A stretch of DNA of 64,000 nt from Candidatus Omnitrophota bacterium. Lineage in GTDB: Bacteria; Omnitrophota; Omnitrophia; Omnitrophales; Aquincolibacteriaceae. The notes beneath the pieces are model-generated. The model ran no database searches, was not told the origin of the DNA, and saw nothing but the letters and a program-made list of their open reading frames with translations. Positions within the stretch are counted from its first letter, which is position 1. Every line of letters starts with the position of its first letter. Location: the NCBI GenBank assembly GCA_030698625.1, contig JAUYMS010000048.1, forward strand, positions 90,404-154,403, read 5' to 3'. The position numbers were made by a program, and so were the translations under genes. Below are positions 23,761-34,212 of this stretch, in pieces.

Positions 23761-24405
23761 ATGGCAGAACAGTCCACAAACGAAAAGGGTAAAGCAGCTG
23801 CTCCAAGTGATCCAGGGCAGCCCGTAAGCCGACCGGTTGCAGGCGGTGGCGCGACGGCAACTTCGAGGGCAAAGGTGAAAACCGGGTTACCGACGACAAT
23901 GGCGTCGCGTGGACCACGGGTGCCTAGAGATCAACCCGACCTAGGCTTTGAAAAAATTGTGCAGATCAATCGCTGTGCCAAGGTCGTAAAGGGCGGACGT
24001 CGTTTCCATTTTAGCGCGCTCGTTGTTATTGGTGACGGCGCAGGTGAAATCGGATACGCCTTGGGTAAAGCCAATGAAGTCGCTGATGCTATACGTAAAG
24101 GGGTGACCGCAGCTCACAAGAACAAGTTTAAAATTAAAATGAGAGGCACGTCGATACCACATGAAATTCTGGGACGCTATGGGGCGGCCAGGGTCCTTCT
24201 GAAGCCTGCAGCGCCGGGTACGGGAGTTATTGCCGGCGGCGCCGTCAGGGCCGTTTGCGAGTCGTGTGGAATCAAAGATATCCTGACCAAGAGTCTGGGT
24301 AGTGATAATGCGCTAAATGTATTGAAGGCGACTATCAGTGGTTTGCGGATGCTGGTCGATTCAAGAGTTCGTCTTGATGAAGATACAGCGGAGAAGACAT
24401 CGTGA
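23761..24405 (+). CDS. rpsE: 30S ribosomal protein S5 (possible ~45-aa low-complexity N-terminal extension)
   Basis: The S5 core starts around [30 protein letters not shown]. The first ATG sits 3 nt after the rplR stop. An internal ATG at 23899 would give a canonical-length S5. Confidence 0.85.
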   Translation: MAEQSTNEKGKAAAPSDPGQPVSRPVAGGGATATSRAKVKTGLPTTMASRGPRVPRDQPDLGFEKIVQINRCAKVVKGGRRFHFSALVVIGDGAGEIGYALGKANEVADAIRKGVTAAHKNKFKIKMRGTSIPHEILGRYGAARVLLKPAAPGTGVIAGGAVRAVCESCGIKDILTKSLGSDNALNVLKATISGLRMLVDSRVRLDEDTAEKTS

Positions 24406-24860
24406 GGCCGAAGGTTCCCTACGAAAAAAAGAAAAAGAGGCTCGGGCGCGGTACGGGCTCGGGCACGGGTAAGACAGGAGGTCGAGGGCAGAAAGGGCAA
24501 GGGTCCCGCTCTGGGGTTGCTTTGACTGCTGGCTTTGAGGGAGGACAGAATCCCATTTATCGTCGTCTGCCAAAGCGGGGTTTCAGCCGTGCTCGCTTTC
24601 GTGAGGAGTTCGCAGTCGTTAATCTAGAAACACTGCGCAAGCTTGAGGGAATCGAAATTACGCCGGAAGTTTTGTTGGAACGCGGCGTTATTCACAAGTT
24701 GGAGGCTGGATTGAAAATATTGGGTCAGGGTGAGCCGCTTAAAAGCATGACGGTTAAAGCTCATCGTTTCAGCAAGTCGGCCGTGGATAAGATAACGAAA
24801 GCAGGCGGTCAGGCAATCGTAATCGCCGCCAAAAAGGAACAGGCTCCTAAAAAGAAATAG
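24402..24860 (+). CDS. rplO: 50S ribosomal protein L15
   Basis: GTG start overlapping the rpsE stop as GTGA. Gly-rich [21 protein letters not shown] segment. No rpmD lies between rpsE and rplO. Confidence 0.9.
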   Translation: MRPKVPYEKKKKRLGRGTGSGTGKTGGRGQKGQGSRSGVALTAGFEGGQNPIYRRLPKRGFSRARFREEFAVVNLETLRKLEGIEITPEVLLERGVIHKLEAGLKILGQGEPLKSMTVKAHRFSKSAVDKITKAGGQAIVIAAKKEQAPKKK

Positions 24861-24862
24861 TT

Positions 24863-26218
24863 ATGTTTCAAGCCTACGCAAATATATTTAAAGTACCGGA
24901 ACTGAGAAGCAAGGTCCTGTTTACGCTTCTGATTATCGCGGTCTATCGCGTGGGTGCCTATATTCCGACCCCCGGCATTGATGGAACTGCATTGTCGCGG
25001 TTTTTTGCCAGTGTCTCAAGAACGGCCGGCGGACAATTGTTTGGCATCATGGGGATGTTTTCGGGAGGCGCGCTGCAGAAGGCAACTATATTTGCTTTGG
25101 GTATCATGCCTTACATTTCGGCATCCATTATCCTGCAGCTTCTGACGGTAGTGATTCCGCATCTGGAACGCCTTGCCAAGGAAGGCGAAGAGGGCCGCAA
25201 AAAGATCATTCAGTACACGCGTTACGGTACGATTGTCCTGAGCATTATTCAGACCTTCTTCATTTCGCTATGGCTTGAAAACCCGAATTCCTTTCAGGGG
25301 AATGTGATCGTGCCGAACCCGGGTTGGGCATTTCGCCTTATGACGATGCTTACGCTAACTACAGGAACTGCGTTTATCATGTGGCTTGGCGAGCAAATTG
25401 ATCAATACGGGATCGGAAACGGAATGTCTATTCTCATTACGGCAGGAATTATTGAGTCCATCCCGACAGCGCTGTTTCAGACCTGGCAGTTGCTCTCGCC
25501 CTTTGATCCGGCGCGGCAACAATTAGCCTGGTGGAAATTCGCCCTCATGCTTGTCATGTTCGTGGGTACGGTGGTGGGTGTCATTATGATTATCCAGGGG
25601 CAGCGAAAAATTCCGGTCCAATACGTGAAGCAGGTTCGAGGGCACCGTATGTACGGCGGCCAAAGTACTTATCTTCCGTTGAAGGTCAATCAGGCGGGTG
25701 TTATTCCGATCATCTTTGCCCAATCGGTCATACTCTTTCCGGCAACTATGGCCGGCTTTTTTCCGCGAGCTGGGGCGCTGACGACGATAGCACAAGGGCT
25801 AGCTCATGGGACAATTCTCTATTCGATGATATACGCGTTTCTTATACTGTTTTTTACGTTTTTTTACACTGCGATTACATTTAATCCGATTGAGGTTAGT
25901 GAAAATTTGCAGAAATTCGGCGGGTTTGTTCCGGGTATTCGGCCAGGAAAAAACACCTCAGAGTATCTTGACTATATTATGACGCGTATAGCAGCGAGCG
26001 GAGCCTTTTTCCTGGCTATAATTGCGCTTTTCCCGGATTTTGTCTCATCGCCAAGAATCTTGAATATTCCGTTTCTGATTGCGAGTTTCTTCGGAGGTAC
26101 GGGGCTTCTGATTATCGTGGGTGTTGTCCTTGACACCATGAAGCAGATTGAGTCGCAATTGTTGATGCGTCACTATGAAGGCTTTATCAAAAAGGGTAAG
26201 TTGAAAGCGCGGAGGTAG
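24863..26218 (+). CDS. secY: Preprotein translocase subunit SecY
   Basis: 451 aa, 10 TM, full-length similarity. Confidence 0.95.
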   Translation: MFQAYANIFKVPELRSKVLFTLLIIAVYRVGAYIPTPGIDGTALSRFFASVSRTAGGQLFGIMGMFSGGALQKATIFALGIMPYISASIILQLLTVVIPHLERLAKEGEEGRKKIIQYTRYGTIVLSIIQTFFISLWLENPNSFQGNVIVPNPGWAFRLMTMLTLTTGTAFIMWLGEQIDQYGIGNGMSILITAGIIESIPTALFQTWQLLSPFDPARQQLAWWKFALMLVMFVGTVVGVIMIIQGQRKIPVQYVKQVRGHRMYGGQSTYLPLKVNQAGVIPIIFAQSVILFPATMAGFFPRAGALTTIAQGLAHGTILYSMIYAFLILFFTFFYTAITFNPIEVSENLQKFGGFVPGIRPGKNTSEYLDYIMTRIAASGAFFLAIIALFPDFVSSPRILNIPFLIASFFGGTGLLIIVGVVLDTMKQIESQLLMRHYEGFIKKGKLKARR

Positions 26219-26222
26219 CATC

Positions 26223-26885
26223 TTGAAACTGATTTTCTTGGGACCTCCGGGGGCCGGTAAAGGAACGCATGCTAGCTTGATTGCCAAGGCCTATGAATTG
26301 GCACATTTATCTGCAGGTGATTGTTTCCGGCGGAATATCAAGGAGCGCACTCCTCTTGGCGCAAAGGCACAAAGTATCATTGAGAAGGGTGAGTTGGTTC
26401 CGGACGACGTGGTCAATGACATGATGGCGGCTGAAATTGATCGAGCGCTTCAGACTCATAAGGGATTTATTCTAGATGGCTATCCACGCACGCTTAATCA
26501 GGCTGAAGCGCTTGATGCGCTCGCGAGCCAGAGGGGTATTGAAATTGATTTGGCCATCAATTTTGAGACCGACGAACGGATCATCGTGGACCGGTTGTCA
26601 GGACGAAGAATTGCGCCCTCCACGGGAAAGATTTATCACGTTCGAAACATGCCGCCAAAGGTAGAGGGTGTGTGCGATGAGACAGGTGAAAAGCTAGTTC
26701 AGCGTAAGGACGATCAGCCGGGAACGATCAAGAATCGTCTTGAGGTTTATCATCGGGAAACCGCCCCTCTGATTGATTACTATCGGGACAAGGGGATTTT
26801 GCGGGACGTAGACGGAAATCCGGGAGTGGGTGTGATTGAAAGAAATATCAACCCGATTTTAGAGAGCTTAAAAGAGAAGACGTGA
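26223..26885 (+). CDS. adk: Adenylate kinase (LID domain without the Zn-binding Cys quartet)
   Basis: TTG start. P-loop GPPGAGKGT, and the AMP-binding and LID regions are conserved. Confidence 0.9.
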   Translation: MKLIFLGPPGAGKGTHASLIAKAYELAHLSAGDCFRRNIKERTPLGAKAQSIIEKGELVPDDVVNDMMAAEIDRALQTHKGFILDGYPRTLNQAEALDALASQRGIEIDLAINFETDERIIVDRLSGRRIAPSTGKIYHVRNMPPKVEGVCDETGEKLVQRKDDQPGTIKNRLEVYHRETAPLIDYYRDKGILRDVDGNPGVGVIERNINPILESLKEKT

Positions 26886-27634
26886 TAACGCTCAAATCGA
26901 AGCGTGAAATTGAGTTGATGACGCGGGCGGGCGCAGTATTAAAGCAGGTCTTTGAAAATGTGAAACCGGCGGTGACGGTTGGGGTAACGACCCGTGACCT
27001 CGATAAAATTGCCGAAGAAACAATTCTGAATGCCGGAGCCGAGATCGCATTCAAGGGATATCGAGGTTTTCCCGCAACGTGTTGCATCTCCGTAAATGAG
27101 GAGGTTGTGCACGGGATTCCCAGCGACAGAAAGCTGTGCGAAGGGGATTTGGTTAGTGTTGATGTCGGGGCAAGCGTAGAGGGCTACTTTTCAGATGCGG
27201 CGCGTACCTGGCCGGTTGGAAAGATTGATAAGCAAAGGAAGCACCTCATGGACACGGCGAGAGATTCACTGAAGGCGGGTCTTTCAGCCTATAAGCCGGG
27301 TTGCAGGATCGGCGACTTGTCGGCTGCCATTGAGCAGCTTATTAAATCCCGCGGTTTTGAGGTTGTTCGCGAGTATGTTGGGCACGGGATCGGAAAAAAG
27401 ATTCACGAGGATCCCCAAGTTCCCAATTACGGGAAAAGCGGATATGGCCCCCGGATAGAACCGGGTCTGGTGCTTGCAATTGAGCCCATGGTCACTGAGG
27501 GACACTATGCCGTTGAAACGCTTAAGGACGGGTGGACGGTTGTGACAAAGGATCGCAAATGGGCAAGTCATCATGAGGAAACGATTGTTTTTACTGAGAA
27601 GGGTTTCATCTGTTTGACCGGAGAGATATCATAG
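26882..27634 (+). CDS. map: Methionine aminopeptidase type I
   Basis: GTG start overlapping the adk stop. Pita-bread fold with conserved metal ligands (D..D..H..E..E). Confidence 0.9.
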   Translation: MITLKSKREIELMTRAGAVLKQVFENVKPAVTVGVTTRDLDKIAEETILNAGAEIAFKGYRGFPATCCISVNEEVVHGIPSDRKLCEGDLVSVDVGASVEGYFSDAARTWPVGKIDKQRKHLMDTARDSLKAGLSAYKPGCRIGDLSAAIEQLIKSRGFEVVREYVGHGIGKKIHEDPQVPNYGKSGYGPRIEPGLVLAIEPMVTEGHYAVETLKDGWTVVTKDRKWASHHEETIVFTEKGFICLTGEIS

Positions 27635-27653
27635 AGGACTGATCAGCGAAATT

Positions 27654-27872
27654 ATGCCAAAAGAAGATGCAATTGAAGTGGAAGGAACCGTGGTTGAGCC
27701 CTTGCCGAATGCCACGTTCCGAGTAGAACTGGAAAACGGGCACAAGGTGCTTGCTCATATTTCGGGGAAGATGAGAATGCATTACATACGCATTCTTCCG
27801 GGAGACAAAGTCAAGGTTGAGCTCTCGCAGTATGATCTAACTCGTGGGCGCATTACATTTAGAATAAAGTAG
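27654..27872 (+). CDS. infA: Translation initiation factor IF-1
   Basis: 72-aa S1-like OB fold with high similarity. Confidence 0.95.
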   Translation: MPKEDAIEVEGTVVEPLPNATFRVELENGHKVLAHISGKMRMHYIRILPGDKVKVELSQYDLTRGRITFRIK

Positions 27873-27882
27873 GAGAGTGATC

Positions 27883-27996
27883 ATGAAGGTCAATAGTTCT
27901 GTAAAGAGAATCTGTGAACATTGTAAGATTGTCAGACGCAAACGCGTCGTCTATGTCATTTGCTCTAACCCGAAGCATAAACAACGCCAGGGTTAA
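27883..27996 (+). CDS. rpmJ: 50S ribosomal protein L36 (Zn-ribbon form)
   Basis: 37-aa [40 protein letters not shown] with C-x2-C...C-x4-H. It is absent from the ORF track because it is under 60 aa. GGAGAG SD 5 nt upstream. It sits in the canonical infA-rpmJ-rpsM slot. Confidence 0.88.
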   Translation: MKVNSSVKRICEHCKIVRRKRVVYVICSNPKHKQRQG

Positions 27997-28013
27997 GAGG
28001 TTAAGGAGAGGCT

Positions 28014-28397
28014 ATGCCGCGCATCATAGGTATTGATATACCAAGAGATAAAAAAATTTACATCGCATTGACCTACATTTATGGAATCGGTCAGAAGACT
28101 TCCGAGCGCATATTAGACGAAGTCGGAGTTGACCCCCATAAGCGAGCGAAGGATCTGACGGAAAAGGATATCTCGGATTTGACAGGTGTGATTCAGAAGA
28201 GCCTGCAGGTGGAGGGAGATCTGCGTCGCGAGGTGCAGCAGAACATCAAGCGCAAGATGGATGTGCGATGCTACCAGGGGCTGCGTCATATGCGTGGTCT
28301 TCCGGTTCGAGGTCAGCGGACGCATACCAATAGTAGGACCCGCAAAGGTCCTAAGAAAACCATCGGCGGATTAAACAAACAGCCGACGGCTAAATAG
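28014..28397 (+). CDS. rpsM: 30S ribosomal protein S13
   Basis: Strong similarity. Confidence 0.95.
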   Translation: MPRIIGIDIPRDKKIYIALTYIYGIGQKTSERILDEVGVDPHKRAKDLTEKDISDLTGVIQKSLQVEGDLRREVQQNIKRKMDVRCYQGLRHMRGLPVRGQRTHTNSRTRKGPKKTIGGLNKQPTAK

Positions 28398-28412
28398 AGC
28401 GGAGATCAACTA

Positions 28413-28784
28413 ATGGCTAAGAAAAAGAAAGTTCAACAGATTCCCCGTGGTGTCGCCCATATTGTGGCGACTTTTAATAATACGATGATCACAATTACTG
28501 ATCCGCGGGGGAATACCCTATGCTGGTCTACGGCAGGGGCTGCGGGGTTCAAGGGGTCTAAGAAGTCAACACCCTTTGCGGCTCAGATAGCTGCAGATCA
28601 GGCGGCTAAAAAAGCTCTGGAATTCGGGATGAAAGAAATTGAGGTCTACATAAAAGGTCCGGGATCCGGCAGGGAATCCGCCATTCGCGCATTGCAGGCA
28701 GCGGGAATTCAGGTCAGGGCAATTTTTGATATTACGCCCATTCCACACAACGGATGTCGTCCGCCCAAAAGGAGGAGAGTTTAA
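28413..28784 (+). CDS. rpsK: 30S ribosomal protein S11
   Basis: Strong similarity. Confidence 0.95.
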   Translation: MAKKKKVQQIPRGVAHIVATFNNTMITITDPRGNTLCWSTAGAAGFKGSKKSTPFAAQIAADQAAKKALEFGMKEIEVYIKGPGSGRESAIRALQAAGIQVRAIFDITPIPHNGCRPPKRRRV

Positions 28785-28785
28785 T

Positions 28786-29412
28786 ATGGCTAGATATACA
28801 GGCCCCGCTGTTCGACTTTCTCGCCGCGAGGGCGTCAATTTATTCATCAAGGGAAGCCGCAGAAGTGATGACAAGGTGGCAAAAAGGCTGGAACAGCCGC
28901 CTGGTCAGCACGGTAAAATGCGTCGTCGCAAGATATCAGGTTATGGGCTGCAGTTGCGCGAAAAACAAAAACTAAAGAGAATCTACGGTATGCTTGAGCG
29001 TCAGTTCCGGGTTTTTTTTCAGCGGGCCTCAAAGAAGCAGGGCGTGACCGGTGAAAATCTTATCCAGCTTTTGGAGAGCAGATTGGATAATGTCGTATAC
29101 CGTTTGCTTTTTACACAAACTCGTCGTGAAGCGCGTCAAATGGTTGGTCACGGCTTGGTTCTGGTAAACGGGCGTGTTGTGAATATCCCATCTTATATTG
29201 TAAAGCCCGGAGATCAGATTGAACCGAAGAAAAAGGAAGCGAATCTTAACCGGATCAAGGCAAGTCTGGAACTTATGGATGATCTCCCGGTTTCAGAGTG
29301 GCTGACCCTGGACCGAAAAACTTTGGTGGCAAGCGTTGTTCGCCCGCCAACAAAGCAGGACGCAGCCCTTCCGGTTGAAGAATCATTAGTTGTCGAACTC
29401 TTTTCAAAATAA
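28786..29412 (+). CDS. rpsD: 30S ribosomal protein S4 (no Zn-binding Cys)
   Basis: ATG giving MARYTGPAVRLSRREG with AAAAGGAGGAGAG upstream. The track ORF from 28726 is a read-through artefact. Confidence 0.9.
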   Translation: MARYTGPAVRLSRREGVNLFIKGSRRSDDKVAKRLEQPPGQHGKMRRRKISGYGLQLREKQKLKRIYGMLERQFRVFFQRASKKQGVTGENLIQLLESRLDNVVYRLLFTQTRREARQMVGHGLVLVNGRVVNIPSYIVKPGDQIEPKKKEANLNRIKASLELMDDLPVSEWLTLDRKTLVASVVRPPTKQDAALPVEESLVVELFSK

Positions 29413-29454
29413 TTTTAGCCATTCATAAATGGCATGTGACCAAGGAGGAACATC

Positions 29455-30456
29455 ATGGGAATAAGATGGAAAACATTTGAGATGCCTAAGAGGCTTGAGG
29501 CCGACAAGGCGACGTTAACGCCGACGTACGGGAAGTTTTATGCTGAGCCTTTCGAGCGTGGCTACGGAACTACGATCGGAAACGCTCTTCGCCGCGTTCT
29601 GATTTCTTCTATAGATGGGGCAGCTGTAACAAACATTAAGATCGACACAATGTTGCATGAGTTTTCCACCATCGAAGGTGTGATGGAAGATGGAGCACAA
29701 GTTGTTCTTAATGTCAAAAAACTCGTCCTGCGGTATCACGGCAAGGGTCCGAAGATGATCACGATTGATGTCAAGAAACAGGGGCCTGTAACTGCCCGTG
29801 ATATTCAGGCAGATGAGACGGTCGAGATCATTAATCCGGACCTCGTTATCTGTAATTTGACGAAGGAAACAAAGTTCCGCATGGAGATGGAAGTAGGTCG
29901 CGGGCGTGGCTATGTGCCCGCAGAACGCAATAAGGCAGAAGGGGCGCCCATCGGCATGGTCCCCGTGGACTCCATCTTTTCGCCGATTATTCAGGTTAAT
30001 TTTACAGTTGAGGACACCCGTGTCGGGCAGGTCACGGACTACGATAAGCTAATCCTAGAGGTCTGGACGAACGGGGCGATGAGTCCTGAGGAAGCGCTTC
30101 TTTATGCCTCCAACATCGCACAACGGCATCTCGATATTTTCGTCAACTACGGCGAATTGCCCGTGGAGGACGAAGAAGAAGAGGAAGAGGAAGATCACGC
30201 ATTTCGTGAATTGACCGAGAAGCCGATTAGTGAACTTGAGTTGTCTGTACGGAGTGCCAATTGTCTGGAGGCGGCAAACATCAAGACTATAGGAGACCTT
30301 GTGCAGAAGACTGAGCAGCAGATGCTGAAGTACAAGAACTTCGGCAAGAAGTCTCTGTCTGAAATCACCGCAATTCTTACGGCGATGGGAATTACTCTCG
30401 GTATGAATACACAGGATCGCCTAAAACAGCCAAACTCCGAAGCCAAGACTTCGTAG
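29455..30456 (+). CDS. rpoA: DNA-directed RNA polymerase subunit alpha
   Basis: 333 aa, with N-terminal-domain and C-terminal-domain similarity. Confidence 0.95.
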   Translation: MGIRWKTFEMPKRLEADKATLTPTYGKFYAEPFERGYGTTIGNALRRVLISSIDGAAVTNIKIDTMLHEFSTIEGVMEDGAQVVLNVKKLVLRYHGKGPKMITIDVKKQGPVTARDIQADETVEIINPDLVICNLTKETKFRMEMEVGRGRGYVPAERNKAEGAPIGMVPVDSIFSPIIQVNFTVEDTRVGQVTDYDKLILEVWTNGAMSPEEALLYASNIAQRHLDIFVNYGELPVEDEEEEEEEDHAFRELTEKPISELELSVRSANCLEAANIKTIGDLVQKTEQQMLKYKNFGKKSLSEITAILTAMGITLGMNTQDRLKQPNSEAKTS

Positions 30457-30476
30457 CGACTGGTTAAGACAAGACG

Positions 30477-31055
30477 ATGCGACACAGAAAACGAACACCA
30501 CAATTAGGAATGGCTTTTGAACAGCGCAAGGCTTTGTTGCGCAATATGGTGCAGAGCTTAGTGCGTCATAAGCGTATTCGCACAACCTTAATTCGCGCTA
30601 AGGTGGCCAGTGCCTTTGCGGATAGAATGGTGGAGCTTGCAAAGAAGGGAACTCTGCATGCTCGCCGCCTAATGATCTCAAGACTTGGGTCTCCGGATGC
30701 GGCACGGAGTCTTATTAATGACATCGCGCCCCATTTTAAAGACCGACAGGGCGGCTATACACGCGTCATAAAAATTGACAATCGCATCGGCGACAATGCG
30801 CGAATGGCATTGCTTGAGTTTACGGCCGTTATTGATGTGCCCCGCAAAAAGAGCAAGCCGAAGAAATCAAAGAAGAAAATGGAAAGCGCTGCTGAAGTTT
30901 CCGATTCTCCGGAGCCCCGCGAAAAAACCCCTAAGGTAGATGCCAAGAAAAAACAACAGCCTACAGAAGAAAAAGAGTCTGAGGATAAAAAAGAGACTCA
31001 GAAAAGAGGCGGATTCTTGGGGTCCTTGCGAAAATTCCTGAAAGGCGATGAATAG
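30477..31055 (+). CDS. rplQ: 50S ribosomal protein L17 with a ~70-aa K/E/S-rich C-terminal extension
   Basis: L17 core of about 120 aa plus the tail PRKKSKPKKSKKKMESAAEV...KKETQKRGGFLGSLRKFLKGDE. Confidence 0.9.
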   Translation: MRHRKRTPQLGMAFEQRKALLRNMVQSLVRHKRIRTTLIRAKVASAFADRMVELAKKGTLHARRLMISRLGSPDAARSLINDIAPHFKDRQGGYTRVIKIDNRIGDNARMALLEFTAVIDVPRKKSKPKKSKKKMESAAEVSDSPEPREKTPKVDAKKKQQPTEEKESEDKKETQKRGGFLGSLRKFLKGDE

Positions 31056-31064
31056 CAAATAGGC

Positions 31065-32261
31065 ATGACGGCAACAGGGGACATGAAAAAAATCGCTCTC
31101 TCTAGCAGTGTGGCGGCACTCGAGCCTTCGGTAACGCTTGCGATAACCGCAAAAGCCAAAGAACTGAAAGCTCAGGGAATTGAGGTTGTTTCCCTGGGTG
31201 CTGGGGAGCCGGATTTCGATACGCCGGAGCCTATAAAAGCTGCGGCCCGCGCGGCATTGGACAAGGGAGATACGAAGTACACACCGGCGGTCGGGACAAT
31301 CGAATTACGGCAGGCTATTTCTGCAAAATTCAAACGGGATCAGGGCCTTAGCATACCTGCCGAGCAGATCATTGTCTCGTCAGGGGCGAAGCATTCTATA
31401 TTTAATGCGCTCTTTGCCCTGCTTAACCCGGGGGATGACGTCCTCATACCCGCGCCCTATTGGCTGAGCTATCCTGAAATGGTGACCTTGCTGCGCGCTA
31501 ACAGTGTTGTTATTCCCACTGATGAATCGACGCAGTTTAAGCTGACCGCCGATCTGCTGAGAAAGTCCATTACCCCCAAGTCGAAGGTTCTCCTGCTTAA
31601 TTCACCGTCAAATCCGACCGGCGCCGTTTACACGCGTGAAGAGCTTGAGGCGTTGGTTGCGGTGCTGAAGGAGAACCCGCAGATTGCCATAATTAGTGAC
31701 GAGATTTACGAAAAATTAATCTTTGACGGCAGAAAGCACTATTCGATTGCCAGTTTGGATCCCGAGATTGCTTCGAGGACAGTGGTGGTCAACGGACACA
31801 GTAAGGCTTACGCCATGACAGGATGGCGTTTGGGTTACGCCGGTTACCCGAACAAGGAATGGGCCAAAGCAGTCTCAAGTCTTCAAAGTCACTCTACGTC
31901 GAATCCCACTTCGTTTGCACAGGCGGGTGGCGTTGTTGCCATTGAGCAAGGAGATGAAGAGGCTCACAGGATGTGCCAGATATTTCAGAAGAGAAGAGAC
32001 CTTTTTGTGGAGCGCATTTTAGCTATTCCCAAATTGACGCCCTTTATCCCACAGGGTGCGTTTTACTGCTTCGTCAATATCAGTCAGACGGGATTGCGTT
32101 CCGTCGCGCTTGCTAAGGCCTTGCTTGAGGAGGTTCACGTAGCGGTTGTTCCCGGCCAGCCTTTCGGAAGCGATCATCATGTCAGGATGAGTTTTGCGAC
32201 ATCGGAAAAGGACCTCGAAGAGGCCGCGCGCCGGATCTCAGACTGGCTTAAAAAGCGTTAA
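31065..32261 (+). CDS. Aspartate/aromatic aminotransferase (PLP-dependent class I)
   Basis: Motifs [11 protein letters not shown] and [13 protein letters not shown] (Lys in the [10 protein letters not shown] motif for PLP), and length about 398 aa. The start is ambiguous between ATG 31065 and ATG 31083. Confidence 0.85.
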   Translation: MTATGDMKKIALSSSVAALEPSVTLAITAKAKELKAQGIEVVSLGAGEPDFDTPEPIKAAARAALDKGDTKYTPAVGTIELRQAISAKFKRDQGLSIPAEQIIVSSGAKHSIFNALFALLNPGDDVLIPAPYWLSYPEMVTLLRANSVVIPTDESTQFKLTADLLRKSITPKSKVLLLNSPSNPTGAVYTREELEALVAVLKENPQIAIISDEIYEKLIFDGRKHYSIASLDPEIASRTVVVNGHSKAYAMTGWRLGYAGYPNKEWAKAVSSLQSHSTSNPTSFAQAGGVVAIEQGDEEAHRMCQIFQKRRDLFVERILAIPKLTPFIPQGAFYCFVNISQTGLRSVALAKALLEEVHVAVVPGQPFGSDHHVRMSFATSEKDLEEAARRISDWLKKR

Positions 32262-32284
32262 TTTTTCTCCCGTTTTTCCCCTCC

Positions 32285-34177
32285 ATGGACCACAAGAAGT
32301 TAAATGTCGGAGATAGTTTCCCGCCCGAAGACCTTGCGGTCCTCCTCACCAGAATGCGATATCAGAAATGCCAACTTGTAGCTCAGCCGGGGCAGTTTGC
32401 TTTGCGCGGTGGCATCGTTGACGTTTTTCCGCTGACTTACCGGTCGCCGATGCGATTGGAATTCGAAGTAGATCAAATTGCTTCCATTCGGGATTTCTCA
32501 CCGCAGGATGGCAAGTCTATGGCTTGCTACGATGAACTTTTCATACTGCCCGTCACTGATACTATTGAGAGAAAGATTAGGGCGGCTAGGACCCGATTTG
32601 AAGATTTCGAGGCCTTAGCCGAGCATAAGGACTTGGTCCCCGGAGACATTGTCGTGCACCTTCAGTATGGCATTGGTCGCTATCTCGGAACGAAGAAGAT
32701 ACAGCTTAAGGGCAAGAAAAAGCGACATATTGCGATCGAATATGCCAAAGGTGAGATCCTCTACCTTGATGCATCCGAGCCCCTAGAACGATATATCGGC
32801 GGCGAGGGTGTGCCTCCGAAACTGACGAAGTTACATACCAAGGAGTGGGAGCGAGCTAAACGCAAGACACGTCTTGCCGTTCATAGTGTAGCGCGGGATC
32901 TTCTGGGCTTGCAGGCCAAAAGAAACCTACTCCAAGGCTATTCGTTTTCGAAGGACCAGCCGTGGCAGCAAGAATTTGAGGCTGAGTTTCCGTTCGAAGA
33001 AACGCCGGACCAGCTTAAGGCCACACGCGAGGTGAAGAAGGATATGGAGTCTGATCGCCCCATGGATCGATTACTGTGCGGCGATGTCGGATACGGTAAA
33101 ACCGAGGTGGCATTGCGCGCTGCTTTTAAGGCCGTTATGAGCGGAAAGCAGGCCGCCATATTGGTACCCACGACCATTCTCGCAGAACAGCATTACTTGG
33201 TTTTTCAAAAGCGTGTAAAAAATTTTCCAATTTCTGTCGAAGTCCTGTCTCGTTTCCAGCCGAGAGGGACGCAGACGGCTGTCGTGGCTTCCATCAAATC
33301 GGGTAAGACCGACATTGTTATTGGGACACATCGGTTACTGTCAAAGGATGTAAAGTTCAAAGACCTGGGGTTTGTGGTCATAGACGAAGAGCAGCGTTTC
33401 GGGGTTCGTCATAAGGAAAAGCTTAAAATGCTGCGGGCTTCGGTGGACATATTAACGCTTACAGCCACGCCCATCCCAAGAACGCTTTACATGTCAGTCG
33501 TCGGCGTGCGAGATATGTCTGTCATTAATACACCTCCGAAGAGTCGGTTACCGATTGAGACACATGTTATGGAATATGACGACGGGCGAATCCTGGATAT
33601 TTTTCAGCGTGAACTGGGGAGAGGCGGCCAAATTTACTTTATTCATAATCGCGTCAAGTCGATCGATAAGATTGGTGCAAGGCTTAAAGAGCTAATGCCG
33701 CATGTGCGCTTTGGTATTGCGCACGGTCAAATGCCAGCGGCAACCCTAGAAGTCGTTATGAAGGATTTTTTGGAGCGGCGTATCGATTGTCTTATTGCTA
33801 CAAGTATTATCGAATCTGGGATTGATATTCCGAACGTTAACACAATCGTCGTCAACCGTGCCGATTCCTTTGGCTTGTCGGATTTATATCAGCTCCGAGG
33901 CCGTGTAGGCCGCTATCAGGAGAAGAGACAGGCCTACGCCTACTTTCTAACACCGAAGAATTGGGTTCTTTCACTGGACGCGGAAAAACGTCTGGCAGCC
34001 ATCGAACGTTTTACTGACTTGGGTTCAGGTTTTAAGATTGCCTTAGAGGATCTTGAGATCCGCGGGGCGGGTAACCTGCTCGGTCACCAGCAGAGCGGCT
34101 TTATCCATGCTGTAGGATTTGACTTGTATTGCCGCATGTTACGACTGGCTGTTAACGAGGAAAAAACGACTCGTTGA
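32285..34177 (+). CDS. mfd: Mfd-like transcription-repair coupling factor, minimal 630-aa form (RNAP-interacting domain + translocase only)
   Basis: Contains an RGG(I/L)xDxFP remnant, the RID ([11 protein letters not shown]...ILYLD...RYIGGEG), the DEAD-box helicase motifs ([28 protein letters not shown]) and the TRG motif ([19 protein letters not shown]). It ends at [13 protein letters not shown], which is where E. coli Mfd continues into D7. The flanking genes leave no room for an N-terminal UvrB-homology module. Confidence 0.8.
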   Translation: MDHKKLNVGDSFPPEDLAVLLTRMRYQKCQLVAQPGQFALRGGIVDVFPLTYRSPMRLEFEVDQIASIRDFSPQDGKSMACYDELFILPVTDTIERKIRAARTRFEDFEALAEHKDLVPGDIVVHLQYGIGRYLGTKKIQLKGKKKRHIAIEYAKGEILYLDASEPLERYIGGEGVPPKLTKLHTKEWERAKRKTRLAVHSVARDLLGLQAKRNLLQGYSFSKDQPWQQEFEAEFPFEETPDQLKATREVKKDMESDRPMDRLLCGDVGYGKTEVALRAAFKAVMSGKQAAILVPTTILAEQHYLVFQKRVKNFPISVEVLSRFQPRGTQTAVVASIKSGKTDIVIGTHRLLSKDVKFKDLGFVVIDEEQRFGVRHKEKLKMLRASVDILTLTATPIPRTLYMSVVGVRDMSVINTPPKSRLPIETHVMEYDDGRILDIFQRELGRGGQIYFIHNRVKSIDKIGARLKELMPHVRFGIAHGQMPAATLEVVMKDFLERRIDCLIATSIIESGIDIPNVNTIVVNRADSFGLSDLYQLRGRVGRYQEKRQAYAYFLTPKNWVLSLDAEKRLAAIERFTDLGSGFKIALEDLEIRGAGNLLGHQQSGFIHAVGFDLYCRMLRLAVNEEKTTR

Positions 34178-34212
34178 AAAGAATCACAAGTTGTGATATA
34201 AGAATCACTTAC

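Noticed and set aside
23899-24405. Internal ATG at 23899 as the true rpsE start (canonical-length S5)
   Set aside because: Not adopted as primary. The first ATG at 23761 is coupled to the rplR stop, and N-terminal low-complexity extensions are a recurring feature of this genome's r-proteins. Neither start has an SD, so this remains ambiguous.
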